64,000 nt of DNA from Ptychomitrium polyphyllum (taxonomy: Eukaryota). The notes beneath the pieces were generated by a model. It had not been told where the DNA came from. It did not search any database and worked only from the letters and a program-made list of their open reading frames with translations. Each line of letters opens with the position of its first letter. Positions within the stretch are counted from its first letter, which is position 1. The translations under genes and the position numbers were made by a program. Below are positions 12,170 to 24,193 of this stretch, in pieces. The DNA is taken from the NCBI GenBank assembly GCA_973851085.1, contig OZ316776.1:5704001-5768000 (forward strand). Direction: 5' to 3'.

Positions 12170-12874
12170 GCGACGAGTCCCATGAGGAGCTCTTTTCTTG
12201 GCTTGCTTACCATATGTCTACAAATTCCAAAATTTGTCGAAGGACTGAAGCAACATACTCTACTCATTGTTCTTTATTCACTGGTTCAATTAGTCCTTGC
12301 AAAAAGCGCCGATGGCCATCAATCAAGACTTCTATTGTTGAAATGTCTGATCCCAAGATCTGATCTTGATTAAGTCCTTCAAAACATCCTCCAAACAAGA
12401 TTTCGGGTCCTCCAGGAGTGACTCTTCCAATTTCTAACTAGATGACTAGAGCGCGAGCATCTGAATCAAGACTGGAATGTGGAGGGTGACTAGTCAACAC
12501 TTCTACACGAGGTCGTACTCAACGTTAGGATGTCCCTTCCATATCTTGACTTAGATCCTCCGTTACCGAGGGCTGAGAAAGTTGAGTTGGCTCAACAGAT
12601 GCTGGTATTGATGAAAGCATGGCCGACTGCTCTTCTTGCATATCCATGATAACACAAAGATTAAACATACTGGCTAGGATCTAGAAATGATCTATCTTGG
12701 AAATAATGCTCCATACAATCGGAGGTTTGGATATCTCTCCTCCCTTCTTATACTTGTCTATGAAGGAAAAACTTCTCTGTGAAGCTAACGGCTGCTGATA
12801 ACACATTATCACTGACCTGATTTCTGAGGATATCTTTGATGAAATTTGCGTATCTTCTCGGATGCATTTGTTAC

Positions 12875-14019
12875 TGTCGCAACCCTTGTAATGCACCTCA
12901 GCAACAGTCACGCGCGTCAACCCTGTACACCCCCACATGCACATGGTTAACCCCCATTCTCACTCTCCAAGTCTTTCTACCATTTCTCTTAGGACATTCA
13001 ATTGAAAAGTAGCCAATGGTTAGGTGCGGACTTCCATTCATGTCCAAGGCCTCACTTGGTGTTACTTCCATTTCACACGACCTAACCGCACTTAGTGGTG
13101 CCTCCTCACCACCACTCATAATCTCCATGCGATTTTAAGATCACCCCGGGCCATCATAGTGCCGGCGTGAAGACACCACCTCAATTTAGTGGTTACAAGC
13201 TTACCCTTTTAAACGTGCTAGTTCCCTCCGTGAAATTGGCCACCTTCCGGCTCACAATGGTATGGTAGTCCCCGTGATGAAGCTCCAACACTAGCTCCAC
13301 CAACCGAGACTTACCTTTGGTCTCTACCGGGACACTAGGGGAGTGGGGAGGGGGACCAGTCCTCCCTTATAGTACTCTCCGTGGGATTTAGTAGGCCCCC
13401 TGGCCCTCTATAGTTGGCTGAACCCCGACACACCTAAAGTTTTGGAAGACCACCCGATCTCCTTTGGGACTTAGCCGCTGAAAGCCTTCAGGACTCTCAA
13501 CGGACCTTTAGGGCGCCAAAGCTTCCTCATCCAATGCCCAAATGTATCAAGCAATCACTCTATTGTCATTTACTCTTTGCGTAGATGCCGATAGACTCTT
13601 CAAACGTCCAATTTGAGTTAGTATTGTGGGAGATACGCCTCTTCTAAGGTTTGGAACTCCCGGGGAGTCCCTCCTTAGACTGTCCTAGTCCAATACAGTT
13701 ATTGTGTAGGGTTGCCACAGTCTAGAACAGCCCCTTGGCAACCCCAACTTTGAGATGCCATAATATTTAGCTCCCTTGTTCGATTTAAGCAATCTTTAGC
13801 ATTCAAGAATCAGTTCTTCATGATTCCTCCAATGCCCATGATTTATTCCTCATGGCCCTCGGTCTACATGGGCAAGGATGTTTCTACCCCTAGGGGTCCT
13901 TCCCACGCTAGGCCCACTTGGTTCCTTTCACTATTGGCGCCACAAGTCCCGGACGTCACTTCGGGGTCTCTCTTGTGTCCTTAGTATTGCGGACACTCCT
14001 CAAGGAAAGGTGCGCGACA
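12875..14019. mobile_element. Solo LTR (1145 bp) of an unrelated family nested in the chromodomain
   Basis: Termini TGTCGC...GCGACA (TG..CA, 6-bp inverted repeat). Perfect TSD GTTAC at 12870-12874 and 14020-14024. Excision restores the pol reading frame. Confidence 0.88.
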
Positions 14020-17000
14020 GTTACATTTGTTGAAGGTTCCCATGTTCGGTCATTGATGCCATATCCTTGCCAATGTATAAAATACTCCACACGTCCGTTC
14101 TTGATGCGTGAATCTAAGATCTCTTCCACTTCATATTCAATTTCATTATTGATTTCCAACGGAGGAGGCGGAGGGACAATTCTCTCTGGTATACATGATT
14201 TGTTATAGGTTTCCAACAACGATACGTGGAATACTAGATGAATTTGCATGCTTGGTGGTAGCTTTAGGCGATAACTAATTGGATTTATTTGTTTGCTGAT
14301 TTCAAACGGTCCCAGCCTTTGATAGTCCAACTTCTTTGATGGTCTTTTTGTTTGTATATTTCGTCGTAGGAGCCATTCGCTATTTTCAACCTTGAACTTT
14401 GGATGGTCCTTTCGATGGCAATCTGCATAAGTTTTGTAACGATCTTGAGCTTGTTGAAACTGGAAGGTAATTTCTTGATGGATTTTAGCAAGTTGAGTTG
14501 CAAAATCCTTCGCTGCAGGACTTCCAACATGCTTCATTTGAAATGGATCTGTTTGAGGATGATGCCCATAGTTTGCAAAGAATGGACTTTGAGTTGTTGA
14601 AGAATGCACCGTATTGTTGTAAGCAAATTTTGCCCAAGGCAAGAAGTCCATCCAGTTGTCTTGCTGGTAGTTTATGCTACAACGAAGGTACTGTTCCAAA
14701 ATTTGATTCATACGTTTGGTTTGGCCATAAGTTTGTGGATGGTGTGCTGAAGAAAGATTGATCTTTACACGCAACAACTAGAATAGAGCCCTCCAAAAGT
14801 TGGAAATGAATTGCAGCCCCCGATCGGATACAATATCATCTGGTAGTTTATGTATGCGGTAGACGTAATTTAGGAACAACTTGGCAGTTTCTTCTCCGGT
14901 TACCGACTTGTTGCATGGAATGAAATGTGCCATTTTGATAAATCAATCTACCACTACCAAAATAGAATCCTTAGAATCGGAGTTTGGAAGGTCTGTGATA
15001 AAATCCATTGATAAAGACAACCATGGGCCCTTTGGCACTGGAAGCGAATGGAGGAAACCATGAGGTTGGTGCCTTGGAACCTTGGCTCTTGTACAAGTGT
15101 CACATGATCGAATAAAGTCCTTCACGTAATTCTACATTTGTGGCCACCAATAGTCTCTTGCAATCAACTCCATTGTTTTATTGAATCCAAAATGTTTTGC
15201 TGCTGGAAAATCATGACGTGCTTAAAGGATCTTCAACCGCAAAGGGCCTGGAGGTAGGTACAAAATTCCTTTATAATAAAGTAGGCCCTCTTGGAATTCA
15301 AAGTCCTCATCGCTATTTGAAAGACCTCCATTGTCTTTGAGGCGCTTCTTTATATTTGAAACAAAGACGTCATTCTTTAAAGCCTTCCGAATTTCGTCAA
15401 GATGGAATGTTGTTGTTATAATCGTTGCTTTCAATTGAAGATTCTCTGGTTTCAATAAAATAGTCCTTTGTTGATTCAAAACATCATCTCCAAGTTGAGG
15501 AGCTAAATAAGATCTTCGAGATAAGGCATCTGGCTTACCTTGCAAGTTACCAGATCGATAGGTAATGACAAAGTCAAATCTGGAAAGCGACATACTCTAC
15601 CTTGCTTGACGGCGATTCAAAACACGCGCACTCATGAAATACTCCAAGTTCTTGTGGTCTGTGTATATCGTGATGGTATGTTGAGCTCCTTCCAATAAGT
15701 GTCGCCGTTCTTCAAACGCATCCACAATTGCAAGTAGTTCTTTATCATGTATATCATAGTTGATCTCTGCCGCTGAGAACTTCCTTGAACAAAAGGCAAG
15801 AGGGTGAAGTCTCTCGTCTTCATCATATTGTGAGAGTACTGAGCCAAGCGCAAAATCTGAGGCATCTACTTCCAAATAAAAAGGCTTTGATGGATTTGGA
15901 TGAATAAGAATTGGAACCGACGTGAATGGCTTCTTAAGACTTTGAAATGCTTTTTCCGCCTCTTCATCCCAAATGAATTTTTGCTTCCCCGTAAGACGTG
16001 TTAATGGTGCCGCGATTTTGGAATAATTATTGATGAATATTCTGTAGGAGTTTGCAAATCCCAAGAAACATTGAACATTTCAAATTGATCTTGGCGTACT
16101 CCACTCCATGATAGTGCTTATTTTTTTCTTATCCATATGGATTCCTCCTTTGAAAATGATGTAGCCTAAAAATTCAACCGATGATTCATGGAAAAGGCAC
16201 TTCTTCAATTTGGCATATAATCCTCGCTGGCGTAATTTTTCTAAGACCAGTCGTACATGACATTTGTGGTCTTATTTATCCTTTGAATATATCAAAATAT
16301 CATCTAAGTAGATGACTATAAAATCATCCAGATGTTCATGGAAGATATCATTCATCATATGTTGGAAGACTGCAAGAACATTAGTAAGGCCAAAAGGCAT
16401 GACATTGTATTCAAAATGACCATACCTAGATCAAAAAGCTGTCTTCCATTTGTCTCCTTCTTTGATGCGTACAAGATTGTAGGCTCCTCTAAGATCAATT
16501 TTGGTGAATATCTTTGCTTGGCCAAGTTGTTGTAGGAGTCCTGAGATTAATGGTAATGGATAGCGATTCTTTTTTATTACTTTGTTGAGGCCTCGATAAT
16601 CCACGCACATACGTAATGATCCATCTTTCTTCTTTACAAATAGAATGGGTGCTCCAGTAGGTGATTTAAAGTATTGAATGAAACCCTTTCCAAGGTTTTC
16701 ATCAATATATTCTCTCAAGGCAGCCAACTCAGTTTGTGATAAGTGATAAATAAGTCCAAAAGATGGTTGGGCTCCTTGCAACTCAATGGTACAATCGTAG
16801 GGCCGGTGCTTTGGTAACATGTCCGCATTCTTCTTCTCAAAAACGTCTTTATAATCTTGATATTGACGAGGTATGTTTTGATTAGTCTCTATTGTCGAGC
16901 TAGACATTGGCGTGGCATAAACTGCATAGATTGGTTCATCTTTTGCCGCTCTCATAAATGCCTTAGCTCCAATAAATGATGGTCCAACATTTCTCGTACC

Positions 17001-17422
17001 TTGACGTCTTTTCTTTGAGACCACATTCCGTGAGCACCAGTCAATATCTGGATTATATAATTCAAACCAAGGAAGGCCCAAAACAATAGGATTCGTTCGG
17101 CATTGAATGATGATGAAGACAATCTTAGATGCCTGGTCTCCTAAAACAACCTCCAAGGGTTGAGTTTCTTCAATAACGTTGCCAAATGCAAGAGATCGTT
17201 TATCAATAACTTCAACAGGTGCGGGATATCTTTTCTTTACAAGCACCATGTGATGTTTGGTTGCAAAATCCTTGTCCATTAAACATGCCGTTGCACCAGT
17301 GTTTAAAAGAGCCTCACTAATTATTTCATCATCTAACAATTTAATTTTGATAGGAAATGTAAAACAAGAGGTAGGGCTTGAAGGTAGTAAGAGACCTTGA
17401 TTTGATGGTGGTTTCTTTATAG

Positions 17423-17468
17423 TGTCCAGTCGCATGGTCCGTACTATGACTGGACAGCCTCGTTTTCC
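17423..17468 (-). promoter_or_regulatory. Putative -1 ribosomal frameshift signal at the gag-pol junction
   Basis: Minus strand reads G_GAA_AAC (17468-17462), a 5-nt spacer, then stem TGTCCAGTC/GACTGGACA (17456-17423). Pol is in the -1 frame relative to gag. Confidence 0.75.
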
Positions 17469-18451
17469 AACTCCACCATTGTGCTCTGAGCCTTTAAGGC
17501 AGATCCTTTGATTTGGCAAGCGCGCACTTTATGTCCAGACTTGCCACAATACAAACATAGGTTTTCTCTTCGACGCCTTTTTTTTTCTTCTAGAGTCAAA
17601 TGTCTGAATTGAGCAGCATCAATTTGCATAGGTTCTGGTCCTTGTGGTTGGCTTTCCAATATTCTTGAAGAAGTGATAGCCATGCTTTGATGTACTGGTC
17701 GCCATCCCAAGCATTGTTCTTGGCGCCTCTCAAATAGTCTGTTATCACATGCTATTGCTTGAGTGATGAATTTGTCCAATGTTTCAACTCTTGGCATTGT
17801 GAGTAACAAGTCCTTTACAATCTCTCTTAAGCCCCGTCAAAATCGTGTGACCAAGGCCTTATCATTCCAATAAAGGTCGCAAGCTAATTGTCGGAACTTT
17901 GCAGCATATGTAGCAGCTGAGCGCTGTCCTTGGTGGAAACTCTGGATCCTTGTTTCAGCCACCCTCTCTCGATCGGTGTCTCCAAAAGTAGATGTCAATG
18001 CTTCTATGAAAGCATCTAAGTTGTTCAATAATGGTGACTGTTTCTCCATTAATGGTGCAAACTACGATAGTGCATTGTTTGATAAAAAAGTGGCCACAAA
18101 TCCCACTTGAGTTGTACCATCAGGATAGCGAGATTGATGCAAACTAAGGAAGAGTCTTACTTGTTGAACAAAGCCTCTCAATTTTGATCTTGATCCATTG
18201 AACTTGTCTGGCATGCTAATCTTTGGCTCTGCGTGGGGTCGACGTAAGCCTTCTCTTCCCATATTGGCCTCTCGCAATCAAATAACCTCTTCATATAGGC
18301 TTTGAATATCACCATTGGTTTCTTCAGCTTGTCGAGTGTGTTGCTCCAAATTATTGGTGGTATTAAAATGGGCGAGTTCCGTTCGAACTGTGTTTAATAA
18401 TTCTTGAAGGTCTGCAATAGTTGCAAACCTATTTTCTGATGTTCCAGGCAC
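17444..18451 (-). pseudogene. gag: Chromovirus gag with zinc knuckle, several premature stops
   Basis: EPKISMPDKFNGSRSKLRGF, QGQRSAATYAAKFRQLA, PEPMQID and [14 protein letters not shown] all lie in one frame from a GTG at 18451 (presumed mutated ATG) to the TAG at 17444. Confidence 0.88.
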
Positions 18452-18682
18452 GTTATTAATTTCTCAAAATTTTCAAAGACAGAAAGACTATGAGTACCTT
18501 CAAAAGAAGAAAATCCACGTCCTTTGAAAAAAGTAATATTTGGTTCTAGAAGGAGAAACCAACTCTATGGTGCCAGCTTAGAGGTGGGTAATCCGCAACC
18601 TCTAAGACCCTATGGAATCCTCAAGAAGTTGGGTAATCTACAATCTTCTTCAAAGAACCTTAGCTCTGACAAAGATGAAAAG

Positions 18683-18694
18683 TAGTCTTGCCAA
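18683..18694 (-). promoter_or_regulatory. Non-tRNA primer-binding site complementary to the element's own predicted transcript 5' end
   Basis: Minus strand TTGGCAAGACTA lies 2 nt inside the 5' LTR boundary. It is complementary to TAGTCTTGCCAA, which starts ~30 nt after TATAAATA in the LTR (perfect in the 3' LTR at 11705-11716, one mismatch at 18830-18841). Confidence 0.75.
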
Positions 18695-18696
18695 AC

Positions 18697-19205
18697 TGTT
18701 AGGGACACAAGATACAAGAAACAGAAACGAAGTGTTTCCCAAGAATTAGCTTTCAAAGAACTAATGATTAACAAGAACTTGATACAAAGACTAAAACAAG
18801 GCAGGATTCAAGATGATCCACAACTTGTGTTGGCAAAACTAAGGTATACCTTGTCTTGCCTCCTATTTATACTATGACGTTTGTATCTCCTAGGATACTT
18901 CTAAAGAAGCTTCCTACAAGGCTTAAGAATGTTCTGGAAGTCTAGGGAACCTTCCCAAGAAATTTCTTAAGATGTTGGAACCTTCCTAAAAGTCTTCCAA
19001 GGAGTTGGAACCTTCCTTAGAAGTTTCTTAAGGTAGCGAAACCTTCATAGGAAGTTTCCTAAGGTGGAGGAACTTTCCTAGGAAGCTTCCTAAGTACATG
19101 GAAAGGCTGTGGAGACATCTAAAAGTATTCTAAGAAGTTATTATAGTAGACTAGAAGGTTCTAGAATGTTCTAAGGACTATGTTGCATGATTTATGTCCG
19201 TGACA
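18697..19205 (-). repeat. 5' LTR (509 bp) of the chromovirus
   Basis: TG...CA termini, TATAAATA on the minus strand at 18871-18864, internal GGAACCTTCC repeat array. Confidence 0.95.
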
Positions 19206-22200
19206 ACAAGTGGTTTTGGCACCCTTACGGCCAACAACTAGTACATTGTTGTCATTAATTAATTATACCACCCTAAGTTGTACATTTTAGTGCTTTTAAG
19301 CAGGCCTAGCGGCAACATTGGATAAATAAGCCACTTCAATCACAAATGGCACATCAAGTGCAGGAATTAACTCAGTCTACTATGAAAAGCCTTTTTTAAG
19401 GGCAAGAATGGCTTTTGCTGCAAGCTTAATTCGTAACTTAGTCAAAATTTCATTTGTGGATGCCTTAGTACTTGCTTGAGCCACTTCAAGAGATGGCATT
19501 GCTACTTTGCCCTCCAACATCTTGCTTGCCAGCTGAAAGACATTGGCCAGCTTAAAATCTAATGCCATCATCTCAACATTGGAGAAAATAGGCATTTGCA
19601 ATACTTTGTAAGCCAAAGTATGTATAAATCCTCTAAAAGTTATTCCTCCATTATAAATTGGAGTAGGAATGTGAAATCAAGCTAAAGATCGAGCATTTGC
19701 AAGCCCAAATGACAATAACAGCCAAGCTTGGCCTATCTCATTTTGTACACCAACATGACAAACACGCAACCGTTTTTATAGCTCACGCATGGTAGATGCC
19801 ACCATCTTGGCTATTGTTTTGGCATGTGTGGCAATCACTACTATCATCTCCTCTGATGCATCAAATATATAAATATCTAGAGCAAGATTAATTGTTGGAA
19901 TACCTGAAGTCACATGAGATTCTATGACTAGGCTTAGTAAAGCCATAGTCTTGAATTTCTTCTTAAGGTCTCCAATCTTGGTTTCTAAAATAGACATGGT
20001 TTCTTTCTTTGACATAAGGCACTTTTTTTGAATATAAAATGAAACAAATGATCTTCATTGTGGTTGAGCCTACCACAATGATTACACTTCAATTAATTCC
20101 GTTTCGCCTTTTTCTCTATTTTGGCCACTTTTACCTTTGTCTTAAACTTGTCATTTAGTTGAGCTTGCCTCTAAAAATGACAACTAGAATCATTCTTGGT
20201 ATGGCCACCTTCACCACTTTTCTAATAATGCAAAGTCTTCTCAGGCTGAATGCCAACTAATCTACTTGTAGCTATAAAAGCCTTTTTTGACTTAGCAATA
20301 TCCGTCATTCAAGAAACCATGTCAGTAGCATTATGTTGGCAAAGAGCCCTATCACACTCTCAACTTTGGCAAATGCTTGGGCAAGTGTTGCTTTTCCATT
20401 ATAATTGAGAATGATCTTTGGCATGGCCAAATTCAAAAACCGTTTATCAATCTTAAACAAAAAGATCTTGACAAGTTGGCTCTCAAAAAATACAACTCCA
20501 AATTCCACTGCAAATTGTGCCAAACGAATATACATGGTAAGTAGGATATTTTTCTTTTTACGACAAAAATCTTGAATGTGTTGCATTTCATCACGCTTAA
20601 AATTTCCATATTCAACTTCCATATGAGCAATGAATAATTGCAATGGATCAAATGCTGGAGGCTCTCCTACAGCTAACAAAGCTGCTTGTATAGCTTGCGC
20701 CCTTTGTGACAAGGTAAATGGGCCATTGCCTCTAGTAGAGGGTCCGACTACCAAAGCCTTCTTTTTAGGTACTTCAACCATTGTAAGACTCAAATTGGCA
20801 ATTGCACTGTCCTTGAGAACAAATATGAGTTCTATACGGGACTTTTAATAGTGCTCTACCTTGTGCAATTGGAATGCGTGCTCTTCATTCCATCTTTCAT
20901 AAATCTAGAGTGCTTTATACTCAAAATGTTGTGGTAACAACTCATATGCGTACCAATCATTGAAATTGGGGGATCGTTGGCGCTTCTCCTTCATTTAAGT
21001 CCAAAATCTCAACTTCCAATTAGCTAAGGAGATGCCTCCAATCCAATTTAAAAACCAATCCTTCACCATACTATGATGATCATCCTCTATATATCAAACA
21101 TGCCCACACTCAAGATCTAAAGCCCCTTGGTAGTATCCAAAGCTGAAATAGGCTGAAAAGCCTTGTTGGTATCCACTTCCAACTCAAAGTCCTCAATGTG
21201 GTCATCTTCCAAGTAGTCTGGTGAGGGATATCAATAATATTAATTTCTTTTGTACACCATAAAAGAGACTATTTAGGTACCTGTAACTATCTAAAGGCTT
21301 AAAGGCAACCTGAACTTGCACCTGCCATTACTACTAAATTTGCAGTTTACGGATCATTACCTCTTAATTACCACAATTCAAACCAGTACCACCTACTTGG
21401 TGTAAACAGAAAGGTCTTCCTAGCCATTAATCCAACTTCATCTCTATGATATGCTTATAAATACAAAATACATACAACACAAAATGATGCAATACTAGAA
21501 CTTTTTAGCAACAATGCTTGCAATGACAAAAGGCACCAAGTACAAAAGTCCAAAAATTGGATCTTCTTCTCTAGACAACAAATTGCAAATATTAGAAGTG
21601 GATAATAATTACCGCAAAATATGTTAGATGAGAAGAAGGGGTGCTGTAGATACCTTGCTATTTCAAACGTCAGTCGGTTATTGATTGGATACAAACAAGT
21701 GACCAACAAACGTCGACCACAGTTCAAGTGACCAACAATCATCTGGCTAGCTGCGGCTGCTTGCGAGCATGTGCTTAGGATGATAGCTTCAAATTAAATT
21801 CAAATTTTTATAATCATTAAGTCTTTGGAAGTTAAATCTTAGGAATCACTTTGTTTTTGCTTCTTATTTCTTATATTTGCTATATTAAATACCACTTGGA
21901 TATTATAATTATTCAATATTATTTTTAATGAATGATTTATTAATAACATATCTAGAGAATAAAGGTTGGCCATCTATGACTTTAATATGGACAAGCTTGG
22001 ACTTTCCAATAAAAGAATACCTATGGTTTTTAAAAATTTCTCATTAATAAAGCAAGCAAAGGCTTCCAAATTCAATAGAGCAAGGAGTTTGAATTTTTGA
22101 ACATTCAAACAAATAGGTATAGTATAACAAAAGAAAATGTGAGTTGATAGTATAGGACATTTGTTTGCTTGCAAAGAAAGAGGATTAAGCTACATGATCT

Positions 22201-22329
22201 TTATTATAGCTAGATGTCACTTTTTGTCTACAAAGCATTTAAAGTTGTAATTGTATCCTCATTTGATATGTATTTAGGAATTTCTTGGAATAATGATCAA
22301 CCTTGTAGCCAAGAAACTCAACCTTGTGG

Positions 22330-23231
22330 AATATTGTTGAGGTTGGAGTAGATAACAAGTTTAACCTAATTTGCAAAGCTTCAAAATTTTAAACATGTAT
22401 TGTCAAACCTCCCTAAAAAGTTGATTCTTGGTCCCTTTATCCTCAATATTAAATTACTAGCTTGAATCTATAAGTCTTCCAATAAAGTTGGTTTAGGCAC
22501 TAAAGTACCTATGATAGTTTGAGACAATAATTGAGATACTTCTACTCTTTGACCATTATGTATGGTCAAATAAAGTTTTTTATTTTATTTGGATAATTTG
22601 AGTTTTGATCTTCAATGCTTTAAGGATATTTGATATTGAATCTAATTTGGCTTCTTTTGAATTTTTCATATTATTTTCTTTATTTTAAACATGGAAATGA
22701 AAAATAAATAAATAAATACAATTAAGTAGAGAAAATAAAAAAATTCAAAGATAATACTAGTATAAAAGAGGGTAGTCTACAAGTTCTATAATGCTACAAT
22801 ATTTAAAAAAAAGGGACAATCCATTCTTTATCAAAAAAGACCAAGCACCAATATTATAATATGATAGCTTTGACAAAGTAATAATAAGACAAGAATCTAG
22901 GACTTTATAATATAGAATAAGGTATTTCTAATGTATAATAGAATCAAAGAATTATAATAAGGTACATTGGTAAGACTAGGAGGTTTAAATTAGAGTACAA
23001 GAAATGAATTGTTGAGATTGAAGATTTCTTTAGCCTTAATTCCTATATATATTTGAGGTTCAAGCCTTTGAAGTTTTTAAAAAAGCTTTTAATACAATAT
23101 TTTGTACTCAAGCAATCTCAAGTTGCTTTATAGTAAGCTTATTCAGCCAAATAACTCCTTGCAAGTCTCTTTGGTTTTTTTAAACCTTCAAGGAACATTT
23201 TTAGAAGCTTAAAATTTATATATTTGTAATA
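22330..23231 (-). mobile_element. Second-family gypsy relic: 5' internal region plus degenerate LTR
   Basis: AT-eroded copy of 10320-11128 and 7108-7477. Boundaries approximate. Confidence 0.6.
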
Positions 23232-24121
23232 CATATAGGTAGTCTTTTTATTTTTTTTATCCATCTTTAAATTGCTTCTTCCATAGATGATTGTGTAAGG
23301 CTAAAACGTTATACAATAAATTAAAAACTCTTAACAATTGCATTACTAAAATTTTCTAAGTATAAAAAAATTCTTATTCCATGAATTATAGAACACAGTG
23401 TGAATAGCCTTAAGCTTATTACATAGGTGCAACTTAAAAAAGAATGTTCTAAGTTAATAATTTATAATTTACAATCCTGTTAGCATATTTATAAATAGTC
23501 CATATATTACAAGTTTAATCAATATAAAACCAATCAATATACAAGCAACTTAGATTTGATAAAAATACCTATTAATAGTTAAAAAGTCAGCCTTCAAGTT
23601 GACTCATTATGACCATTCTTTTAAAATATTTATTCCAAGAGCCAATCCAATATTTTCATACAAAATGCCTTTAAATTGACATTTTATTTTTTCTCTCCTT
23701 ACTAAAATTAGAACAAGAAATGTCATATTTTTAAAATTCAAATGTAAGTGCACTCTTCAAGCCTATTCTAAGATAAAATATGAATTTTTCATACATAAAA
23801 TTACCAATAGAGTTAATGCTCAAAATTCTTTAACTTTTCAATTATCCTTTATGTCATATTACATCAAAATGATGGAGTTTGTTCCACTTCTTGTGCCACA
23901 GAATGATACTTCTAAATTGATATTGACAATCATATAATTCTTTGACAACCCCTTTGAAAGCAATGTAATATTATTACAACCTTAAATCTACTAAAAATTG
24001 AGAAAGTTTGTAATACTTCATCTACTAAAGAATGTCACAATGACGTAGATTACATCAATTCTTAAAGGTCCCACATGCACAGCACATATTTGACATTATC
24101 ACAAAGTTCCTAATGCAGAAG

Positions 24122-24193
24122 CTTATCAGAATCACATCAACACGAATTCCAACTTCACTTATCAAAATCACATCAACATGAATTTTAACTTCA
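24122..24193. repeat. 36-bp tandem duplication upstream of the coiled-coil gene
   Basis: CTTATCAGAATCACATCAACACGAATTCCAACTTCA followed by CTTATCAAAATCACATCAACATGAATTTTAACTTCA (4 mismatches). Confidence 0.85.

Larger units (their letters stand above)
12809..17468 (-). pseudogene. pol: Chromovirus pol (protease, RT, RNase H, integrase, chromodomain), with stops and a solo-LTR insertion
   Basis: Protease ALLNTGA (catalytic D to N). [29 protein letters not shown] (~16300). RNase [28 protein letters not shown]. Integrase C-x2-C, SMDFITDLP, HHPQTYGQT. Chromodomain EYEVEEILDSR..YFIHWQGY..TWEP, resuming after the insert as TNASEKIRKFHQRYPQKSGQ* (stop 12809-12811). Confidence 0.92.
11572..19205 (-). 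mobile_element. Full-length Ty3/gypsy LTR retrotransposon, chromovirus (Tcn1-like), inactivated
   Basis: Paired LTRs at 18697-19205 (5') and 11572-12154 (3'). TSD ATAAG (11567-11571) / ACAAG (19206-19210). PPT next to the 3' LTR. Domain order gag(CCHC)-PR-RT-RNaseH-INT-chromodomain, with several premature stops. Confidence 0.95.
11130..21400 (-). mobile_element. Old degenerate retrotransposon relic (gag-like plus aspartic protease), split by the chromovirus insertion
   Basis: Removing 11572-19205 and one TSD copy gives an in-frame LVVGRKGAKTT(C/Y)VVPFRIMMDFGA*SIMIG, a decayed retropepsin D-x-G-A motif. Gag-like fragments at 20305-20793 and a decayed GEGGHTKND knuckle near 20200. Outer boundaries approximate. 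Confidence 0.6.

Noticed and set aside
12197..12215. Minus-strand TGGTAAGCAAGCCAAG as a possible Met-tRNA PBS of another nested element
   Set aside because: Poor match to TGGTATCAGAGC and no associated LTR or TSD. The region is continuous 3' internal sequence.
12898..13128. 76-aa ORF with a knuckle-like GYFSIECP
   Set aside because: Lies inside the TSD-bounded solo LTR and lacks the CCHC spacing.
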